A stretch of 64,000 nucleotides of DNA from Hemiscyllium ocellatum. Taxonomy: Eukaryota. The stretch is from NCBI RefSeq assembly GCF_020745735.1, contig NC_083444.1, positions 4,898,001-4,962,000 on the forward strand. The letters are read 5' to 3'. The notes below the pieces were generated by a model that saw only the letters and a program-made list of their open reading frames with translations, searched no databases and was not told where the DNA came from. Of the stretch, positions 29,401-41,700 are shown piece after piece (positions within the stretch are counted from its first letter, which is position 1; each line of letters opens with the position of its first letter). A program made the position numbers and the translations under genes.

Positions 29401-30380
29401 CCACAGTCCAAAAATGTGCAGGTTAGGTGAATTGGCCATGCTAAATTGCCCTTAGTGTTAGGTGCAGGGGTCAATGTAGGGGAATGGTCTGGGTGGGTGC
29501 GCTTCAGTGGGTCGGTGTGGACTTGTTGGGCCGAAGGGCCTATTTCCACACTGTAAGTAATCTATCTACTTCCTTTCCATTACCATTACAGAGAACTCAA
29601 ACATAATCTTTCCCTCCCATTTTATAGGAAGACTTAGGAACCAAATGCCTTCCTGTGCCTTCTCATTGCTCATGGACAGGTTTCTCTGATTGAGGAGAGA
29701 CATCAACAAATGAATGGTCTGTTCCTGTACTGTAAATACTTGCTAATTAATGTTTCCACAGCTGGAAATCTGATAATACTTAGAGGTAACAATAATGATC
29801 TTGATTTAAAGTACCTCTATTTGTCTGATTTAGCCAATTGCAAACAGTCTTTCCTAAAAATAAGGCAGTGGTGATTCTAACAAATAAAAATAAATGTATA
29901 AGAAATAGGGCAGGGATGACAGAAGCAAGACAGCGAATGTTTTAGTTGCAAGGAGGAACCAGTGTTAAAGTCTCAGGCCTGATAGGGTGGTGGATACAGA
30001 CCAAATAGTAGTTTTCAAAGGAGAAGAAGAAACACAGGACGGAAGAGAAAAAAATAGTTGAAGGGATATGTGGAAAGGACACAAAAGTGGAACTAACTGG
30101 ACTGGCATTCAAAACTGCTGCCAAATAGCTGTCGGTGTGCTGCATCACACAATGATTCTATTCTGTAATAGGTCACCTCACCAAATAGAAATTTATTCAG
30201 GTCTGCATCTGTGTACTTTGTGCAGTTTGTAGTCTCTGTCAGTGCCTTGTACTCCCCACACAGCTTCTCGAATCTGTCTCTTACTCTTTTGTGTGGAAAA
30301 GCACAGAACATACAGGCTTCAGCCTTCAATGAGACTCCCAGCCAGAAGCTGGCCACCATCACAGCGCTGGCTGTCTTCAT
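22323..30380 (-). CDS. TMEM95: Sperm-egg fusion protein TMEM95 (IZUMO1/SPACA6/TMEM95 superfamily), complete 7-exon gene, 189 aa
   Basis: join(complement): 30182-30380, 28897-28953, 28721-28801, 27477-27497, 25989-26069, 24676-24763, 22323-22365 = 570 nt open frame, all GT-AG. Signal peptide, CMFC, DEVLVDTISEKVHRVLRVIEI, LPIFWNWLYEVKLP, CAPKC, NCTTC..CW....CWP, single TM. Matches recalled human TMEM95 motifs (CVFC, DEVSMNKVTEKTHRVLRVMEI, LPSYWSWLRKTKLP, CPPAC, NCSTC..CW...CFP). Confidence 0.93.
23586..23621 (+). ncRNA. Minimal type I hammerhead ribozyme in a PLE-derived insertion (about 23555-23713)
   Basis: AUUC-CUGAAGA-A-GGGC(UUAU)GCCU-GAAA-CGUC-GAAU; the insertion is flanked by CTCCCTA(C/T)AGCTCAA. 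Confidence 0.65.
24676..24763 (-). CDS. TMEM95: TMEM95 exon 6 (transmembrane helix)
   Basis: cag|NRLDLKESIYLIVGLSSSSILIGCITLIFE|gtaagt. Confidence 0.88.
25989..26069 (-). CDS. TMEM95: TMEM95 exon 5
   Basis: cag|RDSTTVINCTTCLEVEVNCWSLKTCWP|gtgagt. Confidence 0.93.
26432..26464. repeat. (TC)n microsatellite
   Basis: Direct reading. Confidence 0.95.
26777..27075 (+). mobile_element. HE1-type SINE
   Basis: A box GGTGGCACAGTGGTTAGCA, B box GGTTCAATTCC, V-domain, tail. Confidence 0.88.
27477..27497 (-). CDS. TMEM95: TMEM95 exon 4 (21-nt microexon)
   Basis: ttttctctgcag|CC ATG TGT GCC CCC AAA TGC A|gtgagt = AMCAPKC (human ALCPPAC). Confidence 0.88.
28721..28801 (-). CDS. TMEM95: TMEM95 exon 3
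   Basis: cag|EINQTLTDLPIFWNWLYEVKLPKLTQE|gtgag. Confidence 0.93.
28897..28953 (-). CDS. TMEM95: TMEM95 exon 2
   Basis: cag|DEVLVDTISEKVHRVLRVI|gtagg. Confidence 0.93.
29255..29566 (+). mobile_element. HE1-type SINE, full length, in TMEM95 intron 1
   Basis: GGGCGGCACGGTGGCACAGTGGTTAGCACTG..GGTTCAATTCC.. tail TTTCCACACTGTAAGTAATCTA. Confidence 0.92.
30182..30380 (-). CDS. TMEM95: TMEM95 exon 1 (signal peptide, CxxC)
   Basis: MKTASAVMVASFWLGVSLKAEACMFCAFPHKRVRDRFEKLCGEYKALTETTNCTKYTDADLNKFLF, donor G|gtgag; the start could alternatively be the second Met. Confidence 0.9.
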
Positions 30381-30909
30381 TTGAAACCTCACGAAGGACA
30401 GTTCAGTAAAGAGGTTGCAGGCTAGTGTAACTGCTCAGTCTAACAGCTGTTGGTTGTATGTGTTTGAAATAAACCAGTCAATTTCAGGTTTATTGGGCAA
30501 TTAACAGTGTTCTACATTCTATGCTGTCATAAAGATAGCAGAGAGAGCTGTTGGTGTCAGTAACATCGCTTGGCTACTTCTGGTGATTCTATATTTATTC
30601 TATGGATGTAGGCTTGCTCGCTGAGCTAGAAGGTTCATTTCCAGATGTTTTGTCAATATATTAGGTAATATCATTCATGCCTCCAGCTTTACTGATGATG
30701 TTACCTCGTATGGTGACAAAACATCTGAAAACAAACCTTCCAGTTCAGTGAGTAAACTTACACTCAGAACCTCAACCTGAGTTACAAATCTTCTCAAAAA
30801 CTCATTAATATTTATTCTATACTTCCTGTGATTCTTCGTGATTTACAATAATTGAGTTTGTAAATTTGAATTTGGCCAGATTTTCCAAAGGTCTTAAATT
30901 GTACATTGG

Positions 30910-30982
30910 AGACAGAGAGAGAGAGACTGAGACTGAGTGTGAGAGTGAGAGTGTGTGTGTGTGTGTGGTTTGTTTGTGTGTT
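30910..30982. repeat. Compound (GA)n/(TG)n microsatellite
   Basis: Direct reading. Confidence 0.85.
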
Positions 30983-31687
30983 TGTTTTGGTTAGCAGGAT
31001 GGCTGATATACAATGCAGAATTCGTCAACAGCATGGGTTCAATTCCTGTACATGAAGGACTCACCTTCTCAACATCTGTCCTCACCTGAGGTGTGGTGAC
31101 CCTCTCTTTAATGAGAAAGCAGACCTTTGGTCTGGTTGGACTGAAGTGACTTTATCTTTTAAACTGTACATTACAAATAGTAGCAGGCATTTGAGATACA
31201 AATGACTGGAGTTGTCGTATCTTAGCAATACAAAACAAATCAAACTGCCTTCCCTCCTCTGTATGTACTATGCCTTGTGAGAAAGGGTTTCTCTGATTTT
31301 TATTTCTGGTTAGATATTGGAATTTGGTTGACAAATTTTTAAAAAGACAAGGGTTATTGTATCTTTCCCTACCTCAGGATACCCCAAAGGCAGCCAACAT
31401 CATCAATGATCCTCCCAACCTGGTAATACTCTCTTCCAACCTCTCTTCCGTTAAACAGAAGATACAGAAGCTGAAACGCACAGGTTCAAAAATGGCTTTT
31501 TCCCTGCTGTTATTGATGAAAGGACTGCTCCAATTTCAAATCTAACTCTCGTGCTTTTGATCTTGCTTTCGTGTACCTCCTGTGCACCCATGACCTTGCC
31601 TGCCTCACTCTGTCCAAACAATTTATGTTCTATATGACCTTGTTTGCTGTGATCTGCCTGTGCTGCACGCAAAACAAAACTTTTCAC

Positions 31688-31780
31688 TGTCCTGATGAAG
31701 GGCTTTTGCCCGAAACGTCGATTTCGCTGCTCCTTGGATGCTGCCTGAACTGCTGTGCTCTTCCAGCACCACTGATCCAG
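31688..31780 (+). mobile_element. Short PLE-derived insertion with hammerhead core, between TMEM95 and RADX-like
   Basis: CTGATGA-A-GGGC(TTTT)GCCC-GAAA-CGTC at 31692-31719, followed by the family tail. Confidence 0.75.
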
Positions 31781-31999
31781 AATCCAATGGTACATGTGGC
31801 AACAGTAAACCATAGGAAATGATTTCATGCTCATCATTGGTCCCTGTATTAATTATAATTGCCTGCCCTTTGAACTGTCAAGAGTCTAGAGTGCTTTTAT
31901 TTAACAAATCAACCTGTTTTGTTATGGGTCACCTGGTCCACAGGTAAGGACACACCTACAGCACCAGAAGGGGCCTCAGAAGCAGAGAAAGTGCTGCCA

Positions 32000-32720
32000 C
32001 CTTTCGGGAAACGACCGCCAAACCCGCCCCGTGACGCCATCACGTCGGCCCCTCCCCCCTCTCATTGTGTCGCGGGGCGGCGCGCTGACGTCACGGCGCC
32101 GCCGGCCGTTTCCTTCAGCCTGCACCAAGATGGAAGTGGGCGAGCGGAGCAAGTGCGCCTTCAGGGCGATGTTCCCGGCCTTCGGGGCCGGCCGCGGGCC
32201 CGTCCGCTCGTCGCTGGTGTGCCAGCAGCCGGTGGTCGTGCTGTCGGTGGAGAGGTACCCGCGGGATCCGGGGAGCGGGGACGGCCTGTGGGAGGCGCCG
32301 GGCGAGGGCGACCTGTACGACCTGAGCCTGTCGGAGGGCCACTGCCGCCTCCGGGTGGTGCTGCGGCCGTCCCTCAACTGGACGGTCCGCCGCAACCTGC
32401 TGAGCAGCGGCTGCGAGCTGAGCAACGTCCGCCTCGCTCTGGAGTACGACGAGCGGCGCCTGGGAGTTGGCTTACTGGTCTTCGTGCTGCTGGAGGCCCA
32501 GGTCGTCGCCAGGGGAGACTGCAAGGCGCCACCTGCCGCCCGGAGGCTGAGACTGCAGAAGCTGCACGTGTTCAACGAGGGCACTGAGCTGCCCATTGGC
32601 CCAGAGCTGCCCATTAAAGCCAAGAGGCGCTACTACCTTTCTCTGTGGGATGCTGCCAACTACTACGGGGAGGCTTGGCACCGACACCCGCCTGGGCAGC
32701 CCGCTCAGCGACTTGAAGGT
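32000..32720. promoter_or_regulatory. CpG island / promoter of the RADX-like gene, possibly shared with TMEM95
   Basis: Sharp GC/CpG-rich block in otherwise CpG-poor DNA; palindromic CRE TGACGTCA at 32086-32093, CRE-like TGACGCCA at 32032, GC boxes at 32023-32030 and 32074-32080. Confidence 0.8.
32130..32718 (+). CDS. RADX: RADX-like exon 1 (OB1)
   Basis: MEVGERSK..VVVLSVERY..LYDLSLSEGHCRLRVVLRPSLN..YDERRLG..YYLSLWDAANYYGEAW; donor G|gtgaac. Confidence 0.9.
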
Positions 32721-35700
32721 GAACTGGGCAGTGTTCAGACCCAAAGAACGGTCACAGCAGATGTCAACTGCTGAAAGAACTGCGGTTGCTGTAAACAAAA
32801 AAAAAAGGAGCAATTGCGGGGAAAGCTCAGTAGGTCTGGCAGCATCTGCGCAGAAGAGAAATCAAGAGTTCCCGTTTCAGGTTGAGTGACCCTGCCTCGT
32901 GGCTGCGGGCAGACTCAAAACATTAACCCTCTTTCTCTCCCTTTGCCGATCCTGTCAGAAATCACAGGACATTAGTCCCCAACAGGTTTCTTTGAGGTCA
33001 CGAGCTTTCAGAGCACTGCTCCTTCGCCAGGGTGAAATGTCAGATCAGGAGTGTGGTGGCTCAGTGGTTAGCACTGCTGCCTCACAAAGCCAGGAACACA
33101 GGTTCGATTCCAGCCTCAGGGCGACTGTGGAGTTTGTACATTCCACAATCTGGGTGGATTGGCCATGTTAAATTGCCCACAAATGCCCGAAACATCGAAT
33201 TTCCTATTCCTTGGATGCTGCCTGACCTGCTGTGCTTTAACCAGCAACACATTTTCAACTGTGATCTCCAGCATCTGCAGACCTCATTTTCTACACAAAT
33301 GGGATTACATAGGATTACAGTGTCTGGGTGGTGGGATGCAGTTTGGAGTGTTGGTGTGGACTCAATGGGCTGAATGGCTGCCTTCCATACTGTAAGGATT
33401 CTATCGTTCCATGTTTATATCTCTACAGAGAACAGTGCATCTCGCAGCACTTCCGCAGTTGGTGGTCTTTTTCCTTGAACCATAGCCCACACCCCACATC
33501 AAGATCCCAGTCCAACTCTGAAACAAAACCGAAAACTGCAGGTGCTGGAAATCTGAAACAGAAATTGCTGGAGAAATTGACCCAGACCAGAAGCATTTGT
33601 GGAGAGAAAGCAGAGTTAACGTTTCAATTCCAGATGGGTGGCATGGTGGCTCAGTGGTTAGCACTGCTGCCTCACAGCACCAGGGACCCAAGTTCAATTC
33701 CATCCTCTGGCAACTGTTTTTGTGTGGAGTTTGCACATTCTCCCGAGTGTCTGCGTGGGTTTCCTCCCACAGTCTAGAGATGTGCAGGCTAGGTGAATTG
33801 GCTATGCTAAATTATCCATCGTGTTCAGGGATGTGTATGTTCGGTGCCTTAGAGGGAAATGAGTCTGGGTGAGGGTCGGTATGGACTTGTTGAGCTGAAT
33901 GGCCTGTTTCGATTCTATGATCTGCTGAGTTTCTCCAGCAGTTTCTAGTTTTGTCCAGACCCACCCGGGATTTTTCAAATCTGCAGCCAAATCAAATCAC
34001 TAATGTTTTTCCTTCAACCGCTTGCCCCTGCCAAATTCATCCATCCCAACCTCTTCCCCTCCATCCCCTTACCCTCACCGCGATGCTTTGCTAGGCTACC
34101 ATTCTAAACCGAACAAGCTCCCAGTCGACAGCAACGTAATGATGACCATTCAGGGTGAATGTTGGGTAGCCAAATATTGGGTAGGCTGCTAGGAAAACTC
34201 TCCTGTTTTCAGGACCAAACCACGCCTCAAACCACGTGGCCTCAGTATTCTTTACTTCAAACCCAAGAGCTGAAAATGTGTTGCTGGTCAAAGCACAGCA
34301 GGTTAGGTAGCATCCAAGGAACAGGAAATTCGACGTTTCGGGCCAGAGCCCTTCATTTGCAATGATTGTTGAGGAGCTGCACAAGTTAGGGGATGGCGAG
34401 CATTAAAAGGTGTTTATCTGTCATTGCTGCTACTCACCTTGAGCAATAATTCTTTTATTTTTAAGAGTATCTTAAAGGCATTGAGTAGAATTGTTGCTGA
34501 GTAATGGTTGTTTACTTTGATCAACTTCAAAGTATGAATTCAAATCCATTATAGAAAGGTGTACAATTCATAGATTGACCTCAGAAATTTAAATGAGGTA
34601 TTAAAAACTCAACTGATTCATTAATGTTCTACGTGAAAGAGCTGGCATCGCCCTTACTTATGACATAATTTCATTTGATAGCTAACTGTGTCATCTGAAG
34701 TAACTTAGTAAAGCACTCAGTAGTCAAAACAATTGCTGGCATGTCCATCACCTACACAGGACAAGGGATGGCCATTAAAACTGATCACATCCCAGTCACA
34801 TGTGTTGATATCAGTAGCTGGTTGGTGCTATATAGGGTAATTTGATTTTTTTAAATTGATGGGAAGTGGGTGTTATTGGTAAAGCAAGCATTTATTCTTG
34901 TCCAGTGCTCTTCTGAGAGGTGGTGAGCTGCTGCCTTGAGTCACTGCAGTGTGTTTAGAATATGTAGATTACATATTTCCAAGTGAGTGGCTTGTTAATG
35001 GTGTTGTTTCCATATATCTTCTGCCCTTGTCTTGTAATGGTTGTGGGTTTTGAAATTGTTATCAAAGGATCATTGTGGAATTCCTGCAGTGTACCTTGTA
35101 GATGATCTACAATTCTGCAACTGAGCGGCGGCGGTGGTGGAGGGAGTGGATGTTTGTGAATATGATGCCAGTCAAATTAATTACTTTGTTTTGGATGATG
35201 TCGAATGTCGTGAGTGTTGGAGCTACACACATCCAGTGCTGTTTTGCTTCAAAGGGAAAGGGAAGAGTCAGGCTTGCTTGCAGGTTTTATGGAGAGCTGA
35301 GATCCCAACTGGTGTCTTTTCTCTCAGTTCTGTGACAGACTGCTACTTAAAACCAATCCAAACACCATTGCTGGACATTTTCAATTTTTTCAATTCATAC
35401 GTACCTGATGCTAGTTTGTGTCTCAAAAATATCAAATCCAGCTTCATTAAAAAAACGTCTTCACATAACTAATAAGTGATTGCTTGTTCTATGTTTGTTT
35501 TAAATTATTTTTAAAAACTGGTAATCCAGACGTTCATATTCCAGTTTTTAGATTTCAAACCAAGAAATATTTAGTCCTTATAGTGAAGAGATTAGTGAAG
35601 TTGTAATTTTTCACCTTAGAGTAACGAAGGTTAGGGGAAAAGAATTTAATAGAAGTATTTAAAATCATGATGGCTTTAAAAGAGTAGAAACTGTTTTCAC

Positions 35701-38700
35701 TGAATGAACATGGTATCTGAGGGATATTGATTAAAGTTAATTGGCAAAATTCCTGGGGGCCTTTGTGAGTACAGTTTTTCTTAAGCAGTGAGATGTGGGC
35801 TGGAATGTTCTACCTGATAGGGTGGTGCAAGAAGATGCACCAGTAACTTTCAAAAGGGAATTGCATCAGTATTTGTTTGGGATTAATTGGATAACTCCTA
35901 CAAAGGGCTGGCACAGATGTGATGGCCCTAATGACCTTCTATGCTGTATGATACTGTAATGCGCACAGGATGAAGGAGCGGGGACATAGCATAATGTGTG
36001 TGGCAGGAGCAGATGTTCACCTGGATCTGACTTGTTTCTGCTGGATGTACACAGGATCTTATAGCATTGATGTAAGACAGCTAGAAGGTTACATCCAGAA
36101 AAAGAAAAAGGATCTTCCACCAGTGATTGTTCGTGTCCTCCGCAAGTTCAGACTTTGTCATTTTGGACGGCCTGACAGATATTCAGAATGTCCATTTCAG
36201 GTAAACACCATTATTGTTATTTTCTCATTCCAGTTTACTTTCGCTGTCTGTGTACACTTGGAATTTTTCAGCACATGACCAAGTGGACGTTCTCATATAA
36301 GACCCCAGAGAGTGCCAGCAGACTGAGACATTGAGGAAACTAGGTTTGCTCCCACAGAATTGACAAGAATTCTCACTTTCTATGTTAGTTCTCTTGAGCT
36401 TGGTTGTACGTTCCTTCTGAACTGTTTCTTATTGATCTTTGACAGCATCTCCATATTCTCTGGCTGGTTTATTTGAAGGCCTATGGATCTAATTTGCAAA
36501 CTCCATGGTTTTCCTTCACTTTGCCTCAGTGTGGTGTTCAGCCTCCTGTTCCAATGTGCACTCACCCTTCTCGTTCCTTTACTTGGCTCAAGTCATTCTA
36601 CATTCCCTCTTCCTTCATGGAGCATCAAACTCCATTAAAATCTTTCTTTTTCATTCTACTAACTTCTTTGCGTTCTTCCTGCCTGGCACTTAACTACTCA
36701 GAGTCAAAAAGGACTGGAAAAGCACAGCAGGTCAGGCAGTATCCACGGAGCGGGAGAGTTGACATCTCGGGCATAAGCTCTCCATCAGAATTTCTGATGA
36801 AGGGCTTATGCCCAAAATATCGATTTTCCTGCTCATTGGATGCTGCCTGACCTGCTGTGCTTTTCCAGTGCTACCCTTTTTGACTCTGACTCTCCAGCAT
36901 GTGCACTCCTCAGTTTCTCTGACTTATCCACTCACTGCTGATTTGGTGTAAATTTTCACTTTGGGGCAAGAAGATTGGCATTGTACTCCTCTCTAGTCCA
37001 ATAGCTCCAGATGCTAGTTCCTCACCTTGTTGTTTCTCATGGTCATGAACCTGCTGAAAAATACATATATTTAGATGTCAGAACTGGTTGGCTGTAATGG
37101 GCCACTCGGACAATTGATTGTTGAGACTTAATCCAAGCTAACAATGAGCTCTTGAGGGCGGAGGAGAAAAGACTATAGCAATAAAGTTTGCAATTAAGTG
37201 GTTTCCGTGCACTTGCAAACTATTTAAAGTAGGAATGCTTTTATTTTAGTGAACATGTTCTCAATTTCTATCCTTTAGGCCAAATTTCTAGTAGCTGATA
37301 AGTCAGGCTCAGCAACAGTTGTGTTGTGGAACTCCCTGTGTATGGATTGGTACAGACATCTAGAACCAGGGATGGTGGTGCATCTGCGCAACTATGTTGT
37401 GAAGAAAAGTTACACCACACGTATGGGGCAAAACCCTGAAGTTTCAAAGGAGCCAGCACTAGGTACTGTAATAATGCAGCTGTCTTGTTTTGTCTGTTTA
37501 AGACACTGAAGCTTTCCGTTCTGCATTTGTAGTTTTAGAGTAATGTTCCCTCTATACTGCTCCACCAAACGCTTGCTGGATAAGTCCACATGGGTTAGAC
37601 ACAAATAAAACACTATTACCTCAAACACTTAGTGTTACAGCTAGATAGATCTCAGAAGGAATCCAAGCTTGACAGATAATATGTTTAATTATTGTATAGA
37701 ATTAGAAAACGTGGAGAATAGGAACAGGAGTAAGCTATTTGGCATGTTCCAGTATTCAGCATGATAACGTCTGATCCTCTTTCTCAATGCCCATACTCCT
37801 ACCTTATGCCTACACTATGTTTCCTTTGGTCAATAGGAATCTGTTTCTTTATTAATGTATTCAGTGTATTGGCTTCCATAGCCTTCTTGATCAAGCATTC
37901 CAAAGGTTCACCACCATCCGAGTGTCGGAATGTCTCGTCATCTCAACAGAAGTAGCCTGTTCTGCTTCCTCAAGTGCTGAAGATGGTCGTTACACCTGCC
38001 TCAGGAGAGAAGAGCCCTGGGACCAATGCAAGACACTTGGAATTGGATTCACCATCAAGAACAAACTTGTTACTGACTCTGAGGTTCCTGAGGGCATCAC
38101 GATCACATCCTGACTGTCTACAACTTGCCAAGAACCGCTAAATAACAGTCATGAGTGTCTGCTCCAACTCTTTATGCCATAGATGAATCCAAAGAAGGCT
38201 TCTATTCTATCTTGGATACCATAATCATCAACCTCCTTTGGGAAGATAAAATTATCTTTCTTGGAACTTCACTGCAGGGTTGGAAAGGACTTGCAATCCT
38301 GGAAAGGAACTATCAGAAAGGAAGGAGTTCAGAATTGCAACTGCAGCATGATTCTTCTGCTCACCAAATATGTGGAACACCAAATACGTTGGCCGTCTCC
38401 AACACATTCTTCTGCCAAAAAGACCATTTCAGGACTTTGGGGAGGCATACATGGTTTACGTATTGGGACATGATCAAAAACACCATCATTTGATCCCGAG
38501 ACCAAGGTGCTGTCCTCGTTACCGAAGTGGTCACCAAAGCAGACAACTGCTGCACAGGCCGCTGTCTCATTCGTTCCTCTGTGTCCATCACATGCCATCA
38601 GAAACAGCTGAAAACTAGGAAACAGTTCAGGGAAAGGCTCAAAGCTGAGTGGCTTCAAGAATGACTTTCTAATAATGTCTTCACCAAAATCCCCAAAGAG

Positions 38701-41700
38701 TTGATTGTAAGGGAGTGAAGGAAAGAACTGAAGATGGTCATCAATCTATGCTGTGAAGAAACCATCAGCTACAAGACGGGGAAAGACCAAGACTGTTTTG
38801 ATGAGAATGACCCCATTATTCATCCGGAAGAAGTGGAAAGCTATCCGGGCCTGGCAAATCAATGTCATCAGCGGGGCAATGAGGAGAACTCAACAAAGGC
38901 AGTCCTACAAAGAAGAACTAGGGAAATAAAGAACCACTGGCAGACTGGAAAAGTTAAAGAGCTGCAATTCCTTGCCAAGAAGCACAACATGGGAGACTTC
39001 TTCAGTGCCACAAAGGAAATTATTATATCCAGCAGCATTGGCACCAAATCAGTACTAAATCAGGATAGAACTAAGAGGCAGAGGAAAATATCAGCCTCTG
39101 GTAGAAACATTTAATGGAACTCTTAAATCACGATGCAATAGTAGGTGAGGAAGTGTGGATGAACTCCCCAACTCCCCATCGAAGGTTATCTTAGACTCCC
39201 ACCTAGTGTGGCAGAAATCAAAGCCACCATTAAACATGAAGAATGGGAAAGCTGTTGGAGTGGACGGGATACCAGTGGACATTTTAAAACTTGGAGCAGA
39301 GCTTACCTGTCATCCCCATCCAATGTTCCTGAAAATTTGGGACAAAGAAGAAATGAAAATGTGTTGCTGGAAAAGCGCAGCAGGTCAGGTAGCATCCAAG
39401 GAACAGGAGATTCGACGTTTCGGGCATAAGCCCTTCTTCAGGAAGGGCTTTTTTCTTGACAAAGAAGAAATCCCTGCCGACCTCAGGCACGCTGCCAATG
39501 CCGCTGTCTTCAAGCAAGGAGACAAAGTGGACTGTAGGAATTACCAGGAATCTCTCCAGTCTCCATCAGGAAGATCAATGCCTGAATCCCTTCTGAGGAA
39601 ATCCTTTCTGAAAGCCAATGCGACTTCTGACCAAGCTATGCAAGTATGGACATGATTTCACTGCTCAGCAACTCGAAGAGAAATTCCATGAGCAATCCAA
39701 CTCGCTGGCGTTCATTGATCTGACCAAGACTCCTGATTCAGTTAATCAGGGAGTGCTATAAAGACCTAGTCAAAGGTCGGCTCTCCAGAGAAATTCGTAT
39801 CATCATTCATGTCATCCATAGTAAGATGTGGTGACAGTCCTCACTGACAAAATGTAATAATCCTTCTGAGGTCAAGACAGGAGTCAAGCAGGGATGTGGC
39901 ATTTCCGCACCCTTTTCTCCAGCTTCATCACTACTCTTTTTTTTATCTTGTCAAGAACAAGCTTCTGATGTGGACATTGTCGTCACGATGGACAGAAACG
40001 TTTTCACCCTCAATGGATTGAAATCTAAGGGGGTAACTCTGACCTTGTTTGTAAAACTTCAGTATGCGGATGACAATGTCTCCGAAGACCATCTTTAAGC
40101 CTGGCTCAACACCTTTTGTGGAAACATACCGAAGAATTGGTCTCCGCGTCAACCTGAAGAAGACTCAAAATCTTTTATCAACCTATCTCAGTCAAGTTCA
40201 ATAGACAAAACCTCTGAAATGTGGATTGTTTCCCCTTCCTGGGAAGTTACCTCTCGTCTAAGGCAGGCATTAATGTGGAGATTCAACATCACATCCAATC
40301 TGTGAGCGCTGCCTTCAGACGCCTAAGGATGAGAGTCTTTGACAATCGTGACTTCAGTGCTGATAGCAGGATTCTTGTGTATAAGGCAGTCAGCTTTTTG
40401 ACTCTCCTACATAACTCCAAAACTTGGACTAAGTATATACATAACCTCAAGGACCTGGAGACCACATCAGCTGAGAGTTTAGGTATACTAATGTCAGTGT
40501 CCTTGGAGCAGCCAGTAGCACTACCGACAAGACCATATTCATTGAAACTAACACCACTGGGCCAGCCACAAGCTTAGGATGCCTGAGTTCCAACTGCCAA
40601 AGCAAATCTTCTTTGCCTAGCTCAGGGAAGATACTTAAATGAGAAGAGAACAAAGAAAGCACTTAAGAGACTTGCAAAAAGTTTCCCTCAAGAAGTGCAA
40701 CATAGGTATCAATGCATGAAGGACACTCTTTCAGGAGAAGCTGACTTGGAGGAAGCGTGTGTTTGAATGGAGACAATTCTTTGAGAACACACAACGGCAA
40801 GAGGAAATATGGAAAAGGAGCCAGGCATAGGAATGTCAGCGATCTCAAGGCCAACGAACAATTATACCTCGTGGAAGCACCTCTCAGATATGTGGTCGGG
40901 CTCATCAGCCACACAAGGACTCTCAGAACCCATGACCTGTGACACGCAACTTCGTAGGTGTCCATTCCTGTTAGTGAGGGATTGCCAATGGCACCAATTG
41001 AGGGTAATGTGTATGAGATGCTATGTGGGAATAGATGGACATAGAGACCATGAAGGGCCGTGGGGATGCGTGTTTAGAATAACTTGGCATGAGGAGCCAT
41101 TGGTGTGGAGCATGAGGGGGTGTATACCCTGACATGGGTAGGCATGAGAAGAATCTTTTGCACTTGTATTTCAAAAGATTCTCCCATTACCAATTCTGGT
41201 TGTAACGTCTTTGAATCGTGACTTTGAAAAAGTTATCCAACTCCATTAAGATTGTGGAGGACCAGGACTTGCCTACCTGTACACTGGAGCTAGCCATATT
41301 GGGAGTGGAAGGTGCATGCTTACCACCTGAAACAATCCCCACTCTTGAAAGGCTGTGGTGAAAATTCATAACTGGGGAATAGAGGATGGGATTCTGAGAA
41401 TCTGGTTTTGGTCGTCTCTCCCTGACTTAATGAAAATCTTAGCCTTTATATCCACCTAAGAGAGCAGACAGGTTTTGTACGAAAGCTGCTGTTTTTCTGA
41501 ACTTGAAGCAGTCCCTTAGTACTGTAGTGACGGCCTATATTCTGTCATGTGTATCAGGGGTAAGTTTCTCATTAATCATGGTGCCATGGCTCAAACGTAT
41601 TGCTTCTCCAAGCTCCCCAGACGTGTTAGCCAAGTAGTAATTTGTACAATAAACCTTATACAAAATTATAAAATCAAGGCCTTAGATGGAGACAAGAGAG

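Noticed and set aside
30093-30392. SPACA6 or IZUMO1 identity for the Cys-rich sperm protein
   Set aside because: No Ig-domain exons between the helical bundle and the TM; motifs match TMEM95
31919-32623. Long alternative and antisense ORFs (222 aa +, 215 aa -)
   Set aside because: Stop-poor shadows of the GC-rich RADX-like exon 1; no recognisable motifs
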